Shown: piece by piece, positions 35,784 to 45,549 of the stretch | Position numbering within the stretch: the stretch's first letter is position 1 | Layout: each line of letters begins with the position of its first letter | Assembly: GCA_002742885.1 (NCBI GenBank) | Contig: PDOO01000028.1 | Location: 22,849-86,848, forward strand | Direction of reading: 5' to 3' | Length of the DNA: 64,000 nucleotides | Source: Candidatus Cloacimonadota bacterium | Lineage (GTDB): Bacteria > Cloacimonadota > Cloacimonadia > Cloacimonadales > GCA-2742885 | Notes under the pieces: model-generated | The model's database searches: none | What the model was told of the DNA's origin: nothing | The model's input: the letters and a program-made list of their open reading frames with translations, nothing else | Translations under genes and position numbers: made by a program

Positions 35784-37218
35784 AAAAACTTTTCAATACT
35801 TCTCGGGGAAGTTATTGGAGAAAATATCCGTTTTTTTTACGATCCCGATTTTAACCGGCAATTTATCGGGTACCGATTACGGAATTTACGTAAATACAGG
35901 ATTTTATGTCTCTATTTGCAGTTTAATTTTGCTTTTGGGATTTGAACAGGCGATATTTTCTTTTTTTAATGCCGGCAAGACAAAAGATTATCATAAAAAA
36001 TTATTTGCTTCCATGTTCGGATTAATGGGCATTGCCGGTGTAATTTCGGCTTTTGCATTATTTATTTTTTCCGATCAATTGTCCTATCTTTTAGCGAAAG
36101 AAAACAATATCTCCGGCATATTTTTACTTGTTTCCGGGATAATTTATTTTGATTCTTTTACGGCTTTGACCGGTTCGGTTTTTAATATGGGAGAAGACGC
36201 AAAGCGTTATGCCGTAATCACAAATCTCAAAACGGTTTTGATTTTAGTCGGATTTCTTGTTTTTTCGCATTTTCATGACTTGACTTTGATCTTAGTTTAC
36301 AGGATTATTTTTATTTTTTCTTTTATTCAATTCCCCGTTTCCGTTTTTTTCTTGCATCAAAAATTTAACTTTAATTTTTTTACCGATATTTTTAAAAATA
36401 TTGATTTTGTTTTGGTTCGCAAATTATTGATTTTTTCTTTGCCTATGATACCCGGTACTCTGGGTTCTCTTATTTTGAGATCGTCGGACAGATTGATGTT
36501 GACTCACTTATCTGAAAACGGTTTGGTTGCCTCGGGTTTATACGGAGTCGGTTACAGAATGGGCATGATTATGGGTTTTTTATTCTCGATTATAAGTTTG
36601 AGCTTTTTTCCCGTCGCAATAAAAAAATATCAAAAGGAGAATGACGATAACTACGGCTTGTTGCGCGAAATGTTTAATATTATCTGTAAATACGGATTTT
36701 TGCTGGGATTGGGTATTATTATGTTTGTCCCTGATTTGTTCTCTTTTTATGTCGGACCCGATTTTTTTGTTGCCCGTAAGTATGTGATTTACGGAGTAGG
36801 CTCGGTTTTTATGCTCGGAATTATGAATTATTATAATCTCGGCTTTTATATTCACAAAAAATCTTATCACATTGCCGGAATTGTTATTTCGGCTTCTCTG
36901 TTGAACATATTTTTGAATTGGCTTCTGATTCCTGAAATCGGGATTGTCGGAGCCGGTATTTCTTCCGTAGCAGCTTATGCCGTCGCTTCTTTTTTTCACG
37001 GCAGAAACTCTTATCGGTTATTCGGGATTGCTCCTGATTTCGCCAAATCTTTTTATGTCCTGACGGGATTTATCATTGCCGATTTTTTGATTTCCGATCT
37101 TAAAGTCTGTCTAAGTAATTTTTTTATGAAATTAATGATTTTTTCCGGCGTTTCGCTTATGATCCTTTTACGCAGTTATAAAAAAAAGGATTTAATTTTT
37201 CGAAATATTTTTAAATAA
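35767..37218 (+). CDS. wzx: Wzx-type oligosaccharide flippase (MOP superfamily)
   Basis: 483 aa with about 12-14 TM segments, the usual polysaccharide-biosynthesis-protein architecture. Located in a glycan locus. Confidence 0.75.
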   Translation: MSKYVKKTFQYFSGKLLEKISVFFTIPILTGNLSGTDYGIYVNTGFYVSICSLILLLGFEQAIFSFFNAGKTKDYHKKLFASMFGLMGIAGVISAFALFIFSDQLSYLLAKENNISGIFLLVSGIIYFDSFTALTGSVFNMGEDAKRYAVITNLKTVLILVGFLVFSHFHDLTLILVYRIIFIFSFIQFPVSVFFLHQKFNFNFFTDIFKNIDFVLVRKLLIFSLPMIPGTLGSLILRSSDRLMLTHLSENGLVASGLYGVGYRMGMIMGFLFSIISLSFFPVAIKKYQKENDDNYGLLREMFNIICKYGFLLGLGIIMFVPDLFSFYVGPDFFVARKYVIYGVGSVFMLGIMNYYNLGFYIHKKSYHIAGIVISASLLNIFLNWLLIPEIGIVGAGISSVAAYAVASFFHGRNSYRLFGIAPDFAKSFYVLTGFIIADFLISDLKVCLSNFFMKLMIFSGVSLMILLRSYKKKDLIFRNIFK

Positions 37219-37228
37219 ACGGGGAATT

Positions 37229-38332
37229 ATGAAAAAAATCCGAATACTTCATATTCAGTTATTGCCTCTGCTGTCCGGGGTACAAAACGTAATGCTTGAT
37301 ATTTTGGACGGGTTGCCGAAAGATAAATACGAAATTTGGGTTATGTCGAGAGGAAACGGTCCTCTTATAAAAGTTTTGAAAGAGAGAAAATTTCATCATA
37401 TAGAATTAAAAAAAATTGTCAGAAATATTTCTTTAAGCGATATTTCCGCTTTCCTGGAAATTTATTTTCACATAAGAAATTATAAATTTGATATCGTTCA
37501 TACTCACAGTTCGAAACCGGGATTTTTGGGACGAATCGCAGCAAAAGCGACAGGAACAAGCTTAATTGTTCATACTTCCCACGGAGCGCCTTACCATGAA
37601 ATGCAACCTTTTTTTATAAACAGATTTTATAAAATTTTGGAAAAAATTGCAGGATTGTTTGCCGATAAAGTTGTTTTTGTTAATAATTTTATCGAAGAAG
37701 AAGCAATTGATTTGAAACTTATCGCTCCCGAAAAAGCCGTGACAATTTACAACGGAATTTATTTAAAGAAAAATATTGTAAAGGAAATAAAAAATACCGA
37801 AAAAATAATCGTTGGGACGTGCAGCAGATTTGAGAAACAAAAAAATATAAAAGTTATGACAAGAGCAATTATAAAGGCTTGTCGCAAAAATAAAAATCTT
37901 CATTTTATCATGCTCGGAGACGGAAAAGATTTCGATTATTGTCTTAATTTGGTAAAATCCGCCGGATTGGAAGAACGAATTGAGATGCCCGGTTGGCAAA
38001 ATCCGGATGAACGCTATCCCGAATTTGATTATTTTTTGATTTATTCCGGATGGGAAGGTTTATCAATAAGCGCTTTGGATGCTTTGAGTTACGGCTTACC
38101 TGTTGTCAGTTCTGATATTCCTGCCATGCAGGTTTTGGTAAAAGAAAATTATAACGGTTTTTTGGTTGATTTTCATAATCCCGATAAATTGACGGAAGTT
38201 TTGGCAAATTTAAAGAAGGACGAAAAATTTTTGGAAATGGGAAAAAATTCTCTTAAACTTGCCGATAATTTTTCGGTTGAAAAAATGAAAAAAGAATATT
38301 TGAAATTATACGAGGAAGGGACGGTAAAATGA
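37229..38332 (+). CDS. glycosyltransferase family 4
   Basis: IVHTHSSKPG N-domain and SGWEGLSISALDALSYGLPVVSSDIPAMQVLVKENYNGFLV C-domain motif. Confidence 0.85.
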   Translation: MKKIRILHIQLLPLLSGVQNVMLDILDGLPKDKYEIWVMSRGNGPLIKVLKERKFHHIELKKIVRNISLSDISAFLEIYFHIRNYKFDIVHTHSSKPGFLGRIAAKATGTSLIVHTSHGAPYHEMQPFFINRFYKILEKIAGLFADKVVFVNNFIEEEAIDLKLIAPEKAVTIYNGIYLKKNIVKEIKNTEKIIVGTCSRFEKQKNIKVMTRAIIKACRKNKNLHFIMLGDGKDFDYCLNLVKSAGLEERIEMPGWQNPDERYPEFDYFLIYSGWEGLSISALDALSYGLPVVSSDIPAMQVLVKENYNGFLVDFHNPDKLTEVLANLKKDEKFLEMGKNSLKLADNFSVEKMKKEYLKLYEEGTVK

Positions 38333-39381
38333 AAATAAATTTTATTTTGTTGGCTGTTATGACGGCGGTTCAGATTGGCGGAACCTATTTTTTGACTCCT
38401 TTAAACATAAAATTAAGTAAACGTTTCGGATTTACGGTTCATCCTCACAATAGGGGGATTCATACTAAGGTTACTCCTGTTGCCGGCGGTTTGTCGATTG
38501 CCGTTCCTTTTTTGATTAATTTGTTTATGTTAGCTTATTTTTTCAGATCTGCTTGGGAATCTTCCTCTTTCGGGATTCTTATTGCAGGCAATATTTTGTT
38601 TCTGCTCTTGGGATTGGCGGATGATAAATTGACACATTCGGCATGGTATAAATTAGTTGTCCAAATCGCAATTGCGATTCTTATGTTTTACGGAAATTTC
38701 AGAATTAATCTTTTGACCAATCCTTTCGGAGAAAGCTTTGAACTGGGATTTTTATCTTTACCTTTAACAATAGGTTGGTATCTTGTCGTTATTAATGCCT
38801 TGAACCTTATAGACGGTATGGACGGATTGGCTTCCGGAATAAGTTCTATTGTTTGTTTTTCTCTTTTTATTTTCGGATTGAAGTTGGGAAATCCTGTTTT
38901 GATTTATGCCGGATTAACTTTGGGAATCGGATCTTTTACTTTTCTTAAGTATAATTTTTATCCTGCGAGAATATTTCTCGGAGATACGGGAAGTCTTTTT
39001 TTGGGGTTCAATATTGCGTCTTTAACGGTAGCCGGTTTATCTCAGGTAAAAGGTTTTACTGCCATGACGATGATCTTTCCTATAGCTTTGCTTTTTATAC
39101 CCATATTTGATATGATAAGTTCGGTTTTCAGAAGATTAGGAAAAAAAAGACATATTTTTCAGGCTGATAAAGAGCATATTCATCATGTTTTGCTCGGAAG
39201 CGGTTTGAGTCAAAAGACTGTTGCAATAATTTGTTATGTGATTACCGCAATGTTTTCTTTGGTGGCAATAGGCTTTTCTTTTTCGGGGAAAAAGATATTT
39301 TTTGCTTTGCTGCTGGCTGTCTTAATGGCGGTTACGGCATCGGTTTTTTATTTATACAAACATTTTAAAAAAGAACAATAA
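38329..39381 (+). CDS. MraY/WecA-family polyprenyl-phosphate HexNAc-1-phosphate transferase (initiating enzyme)
   Basis: About 10-11 TM segments, with LGLADDKL, NLIDGMDGLA and FLGDTGSLFLG motifs. Confidence 0.9.
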   Translation: MKINFILLAVMTAVQIGGTYFLTPLNIKLSKRFGFTVHPHNRGIHTKVTPVAGGLSIAVPFLINLFMLAYFFRSAWESSSFGILIAGNILFLLLGLADDKLTHSAWYKLVVQIAIAILMFYGNFRINLLTNPFGESFELGFLSLPLTIGWYLVVINALNLIDGMDGLASGISSIVCFSLFIFGLKLGNPVLIYAGLTLGIGSFTFLKYNFYPARIFLGDTGSLFLGFNIASLTVAGLSQVKGFTAMTMIFPIALLFIPIFDMISSVFRRLGKKRHIFQADKEHIHHVLLGSGLSQKTVAIICYVITAMFSLVAIGFSFSGKKIFFALLLAVLMAVTASVFYLYKHFKKEQ

Positions 39382-39428
39382 CTTCAGTAATATTTATTAT
39401 TTGGAGACAGATCGTTACGGGAATTTAT

Positions 39429-41642
39429 ATGAAAAGAAAAAACAGAGACAGTTTATCTAAGCAGTTTTTATTATACTTAATTCCGGGTATTATAGCTATT
39501 TGTATTTTGGGCGGAATTTTTATCGGTTGGCTGCAATATGACGTTCAATATAAAAGATTGCTGAATAAAGGCGAAGAAAGGGTTGATTTTTATGCCGGCA
39601 TTATCGATGAAGCGTTATGGAACATGTCGGAAAATCATATTCGCAAAATAATTTACGTTATAATGAAAGATGATGAAATAGAGGCGGTTGTCTTGAAAAA
39701 TGAGGTCGGTACGATTGTTGCTGCTTCGGGAATGGAGTTTTTGGATAATGTTGATTCCGAACTTATTTTCGAAAAACCTGTTTTTCATAAAGAAAACTCT
39801 GAGCGAATAGGAAGTCTCGGAATTTATTTTACAGATAAAGGAATCAGTAAAACTATTTGGGAAAATATGGTTATTGTCAGCAGTTTATTTCTGATTTTTG
39901 TTGTCAGTTTATCATTGATTCATTTGATTTTTCAGCATAAAATAATTATTATTCCCATGCGAGAATTACTTGCCGGCATTAAGAAAAATAAAGGTATTTT
40001 TAATGCAGAGGTTCTTCCCGTTCCGGAAAGTCAGGAGTTTGCCGAAATTACCGAATCATTTAATGACATGATTTTATTTAACAGACAGGCGGTAAAAAAT
40101 CTTGAGGAAACAGGAGAATATTTAAGAGCTATTTTTGATACCGGATCATCTTTGCTGTGTGTCGTCAACTCGGAAGGATTTGTTATCGGTTGGAACAGCG
40201 TTATTGCCGAATATCTCGGTATAAGCAGAGATGAAGCTGAAGGAAAACATTTTTGGCTGTTGCATCCGGTTTTGAAGCGTTATAAAAATTATTTATCTGC
40301 CGTAATTTTAAATTCTTCCAAATTTTATTTTTCCAGAGTTATTTTCGACGGTATTGCAAACCGTATATTTAATGTATATCTTTTCCCCATTAAATTCGGA
40401 AGGCAAATCGGTTTGGTTATCAGAATGGACGATATTACTGATCTGGAGAAAAAAGACGAGCAATTGCGACAAATGCAAAAGATGGAAGTTATAGGTATGA
40501 TTGCCGGCGGCATTGCTCATGATTTGAATAATGTCCTCAGCGGAATTACGGGACCTGTTTCCATGCTTAATCACATGATTCAAAAAGAATCTTACGTTGA
40601 TGCGAAAAAGTTGAAATCTAATTTCGATTTAATATCAAATTCCGCTAAACGCGTTTCCGAGATGGTTACTCATTTGTTTTATGTCTCCAAGAAAAAGGAG
40701 CCGAAATTTATTTATATGGATTTAAACAATTCCGTCAGAAATACTTTGAAGTTTTGTAAAAACTCTTTTGATAAGTCTATTGAAATAAAAGCAGAATATC
40801 CTGAAAAAAATGCTTTTATAAAAGCTGATCCTACTCAAATTGAGCAGGTTGTCTTAAATCTTTTGATAAATGCTTCGCAGGCTATGACTGTTATGAGGGA
40901 GAACAATGAAAATAAAGGCGGAACAATTTATGTAAAGGTAGATAAAGTTCATCTCGGAAAATATTTTAATTCCATTCATAATGCAGATCCTTTTAACGGT
41001 TATTATCATGTTTTGAAAGTTACTGATGAAGGCGTGGGCATGGATAAGGAAACGGTAAAAAATATTTTTGAGCCGCTTTATACCAAAAAAAGAAAAAAAG
41101 GCGGATCCGGAATGGGATTGTTCTCTGCTTACACAATTATTGATGCTCATAAAGGTTTTATTAATGTTGATTCCGAACCGGGAGTCGGGTCTTCGTTCTT
41201 TGTTTACATACCGGTTGCGGAAGGGAAAGAATTTACTGATAAAGATACTATTGTCAGCAATAATTTCCATAAAGGTCAAGGCAATATTTTATTGGTTGAT
41301 GACGAGCCTATTTTGATACAGGCGGGGCGAGAAATTATGGAGATTCTCGGTTATGACGTGATTACCGCCAAAAACGGTCAGGAAGCGGTTGATATATTTA
41401 AGCGTGAACACGATAAAATAGATGCGGTCGTTATGGATGTTTCCATGCCCGTAAAAAACGGAATTGACGCATCCAGAGAAATAAAATCAATTGATCCCGA
41501 AGTTGTTATTGTTCTTTCTTCTGGACATACTCAAGAACATGTTTTTGAACAGGGAAATGTTGATGAAGTCGATACTTTTATACAAAAACCTTATACTATG
41601 CGTAATCTTTCAGACACTTTGCACAAGTATCTTAAAAAATAA
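39429..41642 (+). CDS. hybrid sensor histidine kinase / response regulator
   Basis: Two TM segments flank a periplasmic region. HAMP-like and PAS-like segments. H-box GIAHDLNNVLSGI, HATPase (GSGMGL) and a C-terminal REC (ILLVDDE, VVMDVSMP, IQKPY). Confidence 0.9.
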   Translation: MKRKNRDSLSKQFLLYLIPGIIAICILGGIFIGWLQYDVQYKRLLNKGEERVDFYAGIIDEALWNMSENHIRKIIYVIMKDDEIEAVVLKNEVGTIVAASGMEFLDNVDSELIFEKPVFHKENSERIGSLGIYFTDKGISKTIWENMVIVSSLFLIFVVSLSLIHLIFQHKIIIIPMRELLAGIKKNKGIFNAEVLPVPESQEFAEITESFNDMILFNRQAVKNLEETGEYLRAIFDTGSSLLCVVNSEGFVIGWNSVIAEYLGISRDEAEGKHFWLLHPVLKRYKNYLSAVILNSSKFYFSRVIFDGIANRIFNVYLFPIKFGRQIGLVIRMDDITDLEKKDEQLRQMQKMEVIGMIAGGIAHDLNNVLSGITGPVSMLNHMIQKESYVDAKKLKSNFDLISNSAKRVSEMVTHLFYVSKKKEPKFIYMDLNNSVRNTLKFCKNSFDKSIEIKAEYPEKNAFIKADPTQIEQVVLNLLINASQAMTVMRENNENKGGTIYVKVDKVHLGKYFNSIHNADPFNGYYHVLKVTDEGVGMDKETVKNIFEPLYTKKRKKGGSGMGLFSAYTIIDAHKGFINVDSEPGVGSSFFVYIPVAEGKEFTDKDTIVSNNFHKGQGNILLVDDEPILIQAGREIMEILGYDVITAKNGQEAVDIFKREHDKIDAVVMDVSMPVKNGIDASREIKSIDPEVVIVLSSGHTQEHVFEQGNVDEVDTFIQKPYTMRNLSDTLHKYLKK

Positions 41643-41662
41643 TTCGGGAAATACGGAGTAAA

Positions 41663-42802
41663 ATGGAATTGGAATATTTAAAGTGGAAACAGTATTTTGC
41701 CCAATGCGCCGGAAAAACCGAAAGATTTGTTGCAGAAAGTCTTAAGGAGCTCGGAGCGAAAAAATGCAAAGAAAATTACAGAGGCGTTTTTTTTGAAGCG
41801 GAAGAAGAAGTCCTTTATAAAATCATGGCTAATGTTCGCACCGTTTCCAGAATTTTGGCTCCTTTTATGATTTTCACCTGTCATAATACGAAATATCTTT
41901 ATCGAAAAATCAAAAAATTCCCTTGGGAAAATATTCTTTCCGAAGATGACAGTTTTTATATAATAAACAGCAGCTCGGACAGTAAAATAAAACATTCCCT
42001 TTATGCTTCGCAAGTTATGAAAGACGGTATTGTCGACAGATTGCGAGAGATACGAAATATTCGCCCTGACGTATCATCAGTCAATCCCGATAAAACGTTT
42101 TATATTCGCATCAGAAACAATAAAGTTGTCGCAGGGATAGATTTGGTCGGACGTTCGCTTCATAAAAGAGGGTATCGCAAAGAAAGTACGGAAGCTCCCG
42201 TTATAGAAACTTTGGCTGCCCAAATTGCCGAAATTGTTGATTGGAAAGGAGAAAATGAACTTTATGATCCTATGTGCGGTTCGGGGACTTTGCTTGCCGA
42301 AGCTTACATGAGAGCCGCCGATATTCCCGTCATTAAAAAAAATGAAATGCCGACAGCCGTATTTCTTCCCGGTTTTGACAAATATAAATGGAAACGATTT
42401 ATAACCGAGGCATGGGAAAAGTCAGACGATAAAAATCTTGTTATCAGCGGAAGCGATATAAGCGGAAAAGCGGTACGGGCGGCTGAAACTAATTTACGCG
42501 AATTGGCGCCTAATTTTAATTGGAATTTAAAACAAATGTCTTATGAAGACATAAAAGACTTATCGAACAGAACCATTATCGTAAATCCGCCTTACGGAGT
42601 CAGATTGCAGGATAAAGAAGAAGTCAAAAGGCTTTACGGTAAATTCGGCGATTTTTTAAAGCAATGCTGCAAAGGATCTGCAGTCTGGATTTTAACAGGC
42701 GATAAATCCATGTCTTCCTGTTTTGGATTGAGACCGTCAAAAAAGATTCCTCTTGTCAACGGTTCCTTGGACAGCAGGTTGCTTAAATTTGAAATATATT
42801 AG
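41663..42802 (+). CDS. THUMP-domain class I SAM-dependent RNA methyltransferase (RlmL/YpsC-like)
   Basis: N-terminal THUMP-like region, SAM motif I DPMCGSGTLLAEA and catalytic IVNPPYG. Confidence 0.85.
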   Translation: MELEYLKWKQYFAQCAGKTERFVAESLKELGAKKCKENYRGVFFEAEEEVLYKIMANVRTVSRILAPFMIFTCHNTKYLYRKIKKFPWENILSEDDSFYIINSSSDSKIKHSLYASQVMKDGIVDRLREIRNIRPDVSSVNPDKTFYIRIRNNKVVAGIDLVGRSLHKRGYRKESTEAPVIETLAAQIAEIVDWKGENELYDPMCGSGTLLAEAYMRAADIPVIKKNEMPTAVFLPGFDKYKWKRFITEAWEKSDDKNLVISGSDISGKAVRAAETNLRELAPNFNWNLKQMSYEDIKDLSNRTIIVNPPYGVRLQDKEEVKRLYGKFGDFLKQCCKGSAVWILTGDKSMSSCFGLRPSKKIPLVNGSLDSRLLKFEIY

Positions 42803-42810
42803 GATTTATT

Positions 42811-43290
42811 ATGATTAAAGATAAAATTTTTACGGATAAAGATAAACTCAGGGAAAAAATAGAGGAATGTGTCGAAAAAGGTCAACGCATTGTTTTTACG
42901 AACGGATGTTTTGATATTTTGCATTTCGGACATGTTTCTTATTTGGAAAAAGCCAAGAGTGAGGGAGATTGTTTGGTGGTGGGCGTGAACTCCGATTCCT
43001 CCGTCAAACGCCTTAAAGGCGAAAACAGACCGGTCAATCATGAGGATGACAGAACAGCTGTTTTGGCAGCATTGGAATCAGTTTCTTATGTTATTATTTT
43101 TAAGGAAGATACTCCTATTGATCTAATTAAACTTATTAAGCCTGATGTTTTGGTTAAAGGCGGAGATTGGAAACCGGAAGAAATTGTCGGATCTGATTTT
43201 GTTTCAGCCTGCGGGGGAAAGGTAAAAACCATCAAGTTTGAAGACGGAAGATCTACCACAAACGTTATCGAAAGAATCAGGGAGAGTTAA
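42811..43290 (+). CDS. D-glycero-beta-D-manno-heptose-1-phosphate adenylyltransferase-like cytidylyltransferase (stand-alone RfaE domain II)
   Basis: VFTNGCFDILHFGHVSYLEKAK..VGVNSDSSVKRLKGENRPVN closely follows the HldE C-terminal domain. 159 aa, with no kinase domain. Confidence 0.8.
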   Translation: MIKDKIFTDKDKLREKIEECVEKGQRIVFTNGCFDILHFGHVSYLEKAKSEGDCLVVGVNSDSSVKRLKGENRPVNHEDDRTAVLAALESVSYVIIFKEDTPIDLIKLIKPDVLVKGGDWKPEEIVGSDFVSACGGKVKTIKFEDGRSTTNVIERIRES

Positions 43291-43291
43291 T

Positions 43292-43723
43292 ATGAGCAGT
43301 ATTGAACAAGAAGATATTGCAACCGTAAAAGAAATATCGGGGGATAAGGTAACGTTTGAATTATGCAATAACGAAAGTTGCGCGAGTTGCGGATTACACG
43401 GAATGTGCGGAGGCGGAAAAGTTATTACTCATACGGTTAAAACTTCGCTTGCTCTTAAAAAAGGAGATAAAGTGAGAATAAAATTATCGACGAGAATTAA
43501 GCTGGCATCGTCTTTCATTGTTTTTGTGGTTCCTGTTATTTTAATGATTGTTTTTTATGCTGTCGGAAAATATTTTTTCGGATTAAATGAAGATTTATCC
43601 GTACTTTTTTCTTTGGGCGGATTGGGAATAAGCGTCTTATTTATAAAATTTGTTGATGTTAAAGCAGGAGAAAAAATTAATTTTGAAATAATCGAGAAGG
43701 CTGAAAATGAAAATCTATCTTAA
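43292..43723 (+). CDS. RseC/MucC-family (SoxR-reducing system) membrane protein
   Basis: GGAGAG RBS before ATG 43292. CASCGLHGMCGG motif followed by two TM segments. Confidence 0.7.
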   Translation: MSSIEQEDIATVKEISGDKVTFELCNNESCASCGLHGMCGGGKVITHTVKTSLALKKGDKVRIKLSTRIKLASSFIVFVVPVILMIVFYAVGKYFFGLNEDLSVLFSLGGLGISVLFIKFVDVKAGEKINFEIIEKAENENLS

Positions 43724-44075
43724 TGACATGGTTTTTTACGGTTATCACGGCGTACATCCTGAAGAACAGGTTTTAGGACAGAGATTCATTGTTAATATTA
43801 CGGTTGAAACTGATCCGGAAACTGACGACACTATTGAAAGTTTGGAACAAACTGTTGATTATACCCTGATTTATGCGGAAGTAAAACATTTGATGGAAAA
43901 TCAAGTATTTCAATTATTGGAATCCTGCGCCAATTCTATTCTTGATCGTTTGCTGGAAAATTTTCCGGAAATTGTTTCCGCTGCCGTGAATATTAAAAAG
44001 CCTTCGGTGCCGATCCGAGGTTCTCTTGCCGGGGTTGCCGTTGAAATGAAAAGGACTCGAAAATGTCGGTCTTAA
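43707..44075 (+). CDS. folB: dihydroneopterin aldolase
   Basis: FYGYHGVHPEEQVLGQRF N-terminus and DYTLIY motif, about 120 aa. Confidence 0.9.
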   Translation: MKIYLNDMVFYGYHGVHPEEQVLGQRFIVNITVETDPETDDTIESLEQTVDYTLIYAEVKHLMENQVFQLLESCANSILDRLLENFPEIVSAAVNIKKPSVPIRGSLAGVAVEMKRTRKCRS

Positions 44076-44530
44076 TAGGACTCGGCTCAAATATCGGAGA
44101 CAGAAAGAGCAATTTGGAAAAAGCAGAAAAAATTCTGAGGAGTTATTCCGAAATTTCCGTAATTGACAAAAGTAAAATAATAGAAACGGAACCTTTCGGA
44201 GTAATAGATCAGCCGTATTTCCTGAATCGGGTATTGAAAATAAAAACTGATTTTAAACCGACAGATTTACTTGCCGTTTGTTTAGATACGGAAAAAAAAA
44301 TGGGACGAATCAGAGTAAGAAAGTGGGGAGAACGTAAAATTGATGTCGATATTCTCGTATTTGACGAAGAAATCGTAAACGATGATGTCTTAATTTTACC
44401 TCATCCGGGAATTGCGGAAAGAAAATTTGTTCTGGAATCTTTGGTTGAAATAGTACCTGATGAGATTCATCCTGTCGAAAAAAAAACTTATGCCGAACTT
44501 TACGAAGAATTGATTTTGAACAGCAAATAA
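44063..44530 (+). CDS. folK: 2-amino-4-hydroxy-6-hydroxymethyldihydropteridine diphosphokinase
   Basis: IGLGSNIGDR, RKWGERKIDVDIL and LPHPGIAERKFVL motifs. Confidence 0.9.
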   Translation: MSVLIGLGSNIGDRKSNLEKAEKILRSYSEISVIDKSKIIETEPFGVIDQPYFLNRVLKIKTDFKPTDLLAVCLDTEKKMGRIRVRKWGERKIDVDILVFDEEIVNDDVLILPHPGIAERKFVLESLVEIVPDEIHPVEKKTYAELYEELILNSK

Positions 44531-44681
44531 AAAAAATCATTTAAATTAAAAAAATAAAAAAATAATTCCGGATTTCTTGACGATCAAACGGGGAAAAAGA
44601 TGTTTAGTCTTCAATTGCGATCCGTTTTAAGAAAAATAAAAGAAAAATTTATCTGGGCAAAATTTTTATAAAGCAAATAAT

Positions 44682-44698
44682 ATCGTAAATATTACGAT
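44682..44698. promoter_or_regulatory. perfect inverted repeat ATCGTAA-ata-TTACGAT just upstream of the 44716 gene
   Basis: Read directly. 18 nt upstream of ATG 44716, ahead of the AGAGG RBS. Function unknown. Confidence 0.25.
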
Positions 44699-44715
44699 TA
44701 AAAAAAGAGGTTTAT

Positions 44716-45534
44716 ATGGTCTTCGGCGAAATTTTAAACAAAATGCTGAAAACGGAAAAAAATGCAGTAAACAGAATGTATTTAAACGAAATAGTCATAA
44801 AATGGAAAAAAATAGAAAGCAAAATGGAAGAATCTGATGAGCCTATCCCTGCTTTGGTCGAAGCTCTGAATGATTTTATGCATGTTTTGCAAAACCCCAA
44901 ATTTAAATATGACGCCAAAACGAACTCAGGCTTTAAAAGCAACATTGAATTGTATTCCACTTCTTATATAGACGATATGATTGAAATGTTATTGAAAAAA
45001 CGAGGCATTTTAAACAAAAAAGGAGTTTTTTGGGGTTATACCAAATTTACGACAAATCTCAAATTTGATCACAAGAGTATTTTCGGAGAAATAAAAGATT
45101 TGGGATTGCAGTTGGGAAGTTCTCCGAAATTTTTGCAATTAGTTCAAAACGTTGACTTGCAGTATCGTTTAAGCGGAACCAGAAAATTTATAAAACATCA
45201 AATATCTTTGCCTGTATTGGTTTTCAGTATAGTCAGAAATATAAGCGAAGACAATTTCATAAGATTAAATTATCATGCCGAAAGCGCAAAAGAAACATAT
45301 CCGGATGCCAAATTTCTCATCATTGTCGAAACCATCGATAAAGGATATACGCCCGATGTTTCAAATTCATTTGTTGACGCATTGTTTATTTTAAGAAAAC
45401 AGCATAAAACTCAAAAAACGCATTTAATATCCGCTGAAGTTATAGAATTGTTGGATTCTAAAATAAGAGAATATACAGACGTAAATCACAGAAAAGAAAT
45501 TGATATGATAAAAGCAAAAGGGATATTGGAATAA
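44716..45534 (+). CDS. hypothetical protein (possible PD-(D/E)xK-like nuclease; unverified)
   Basis: 272-aa ORF with an AGAGG RBS, preceded by a 185-nt A/T-rich spacer. YPDAKFLIIVETIDK is loosely nuclease-like but not a clean D..ExK. No methyltransferase partner. Confidence 0.4.
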   Translation: MVFGEILNKMLKTEKNAVNRMYLNEIVIKWKKIESKMEESDEPIPALVEALNDFMHVLQNPKFKYDAKTNSGFKSNIELYSTSYIDDMIEMLLKKRGILNKKGVFWGYTKFTTNLKFDHKSIFGEIKDLGLQLGSSPKFLQLVQNVDLQYRLSGTRKFIKHQISLPVLVFSIVRNISEDNFIRLNYHAESAKETYPDAKFLIIVETIDKGYTPDVSNSFVDALFILRKQHKTQKTHLISAEVIELLDSKIREYTDVNHRKEIDMIKAKGILE

Positions 45535-45549
45535 TCCTGAGGAGGTAAA

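Noticed and set aside
44600-44671. 23-codon ORF (MFSLQLRSVLRKIKEKFIWAKFL) with a GGGGA RBS in the folK / 44716 spacer
   Set aside because: It is very short, has no identifiable promoter, and is easily produced by chance in A/T-rich spacer DNA. It would only be worth revisiting with ribosome-profiling or conservation data.
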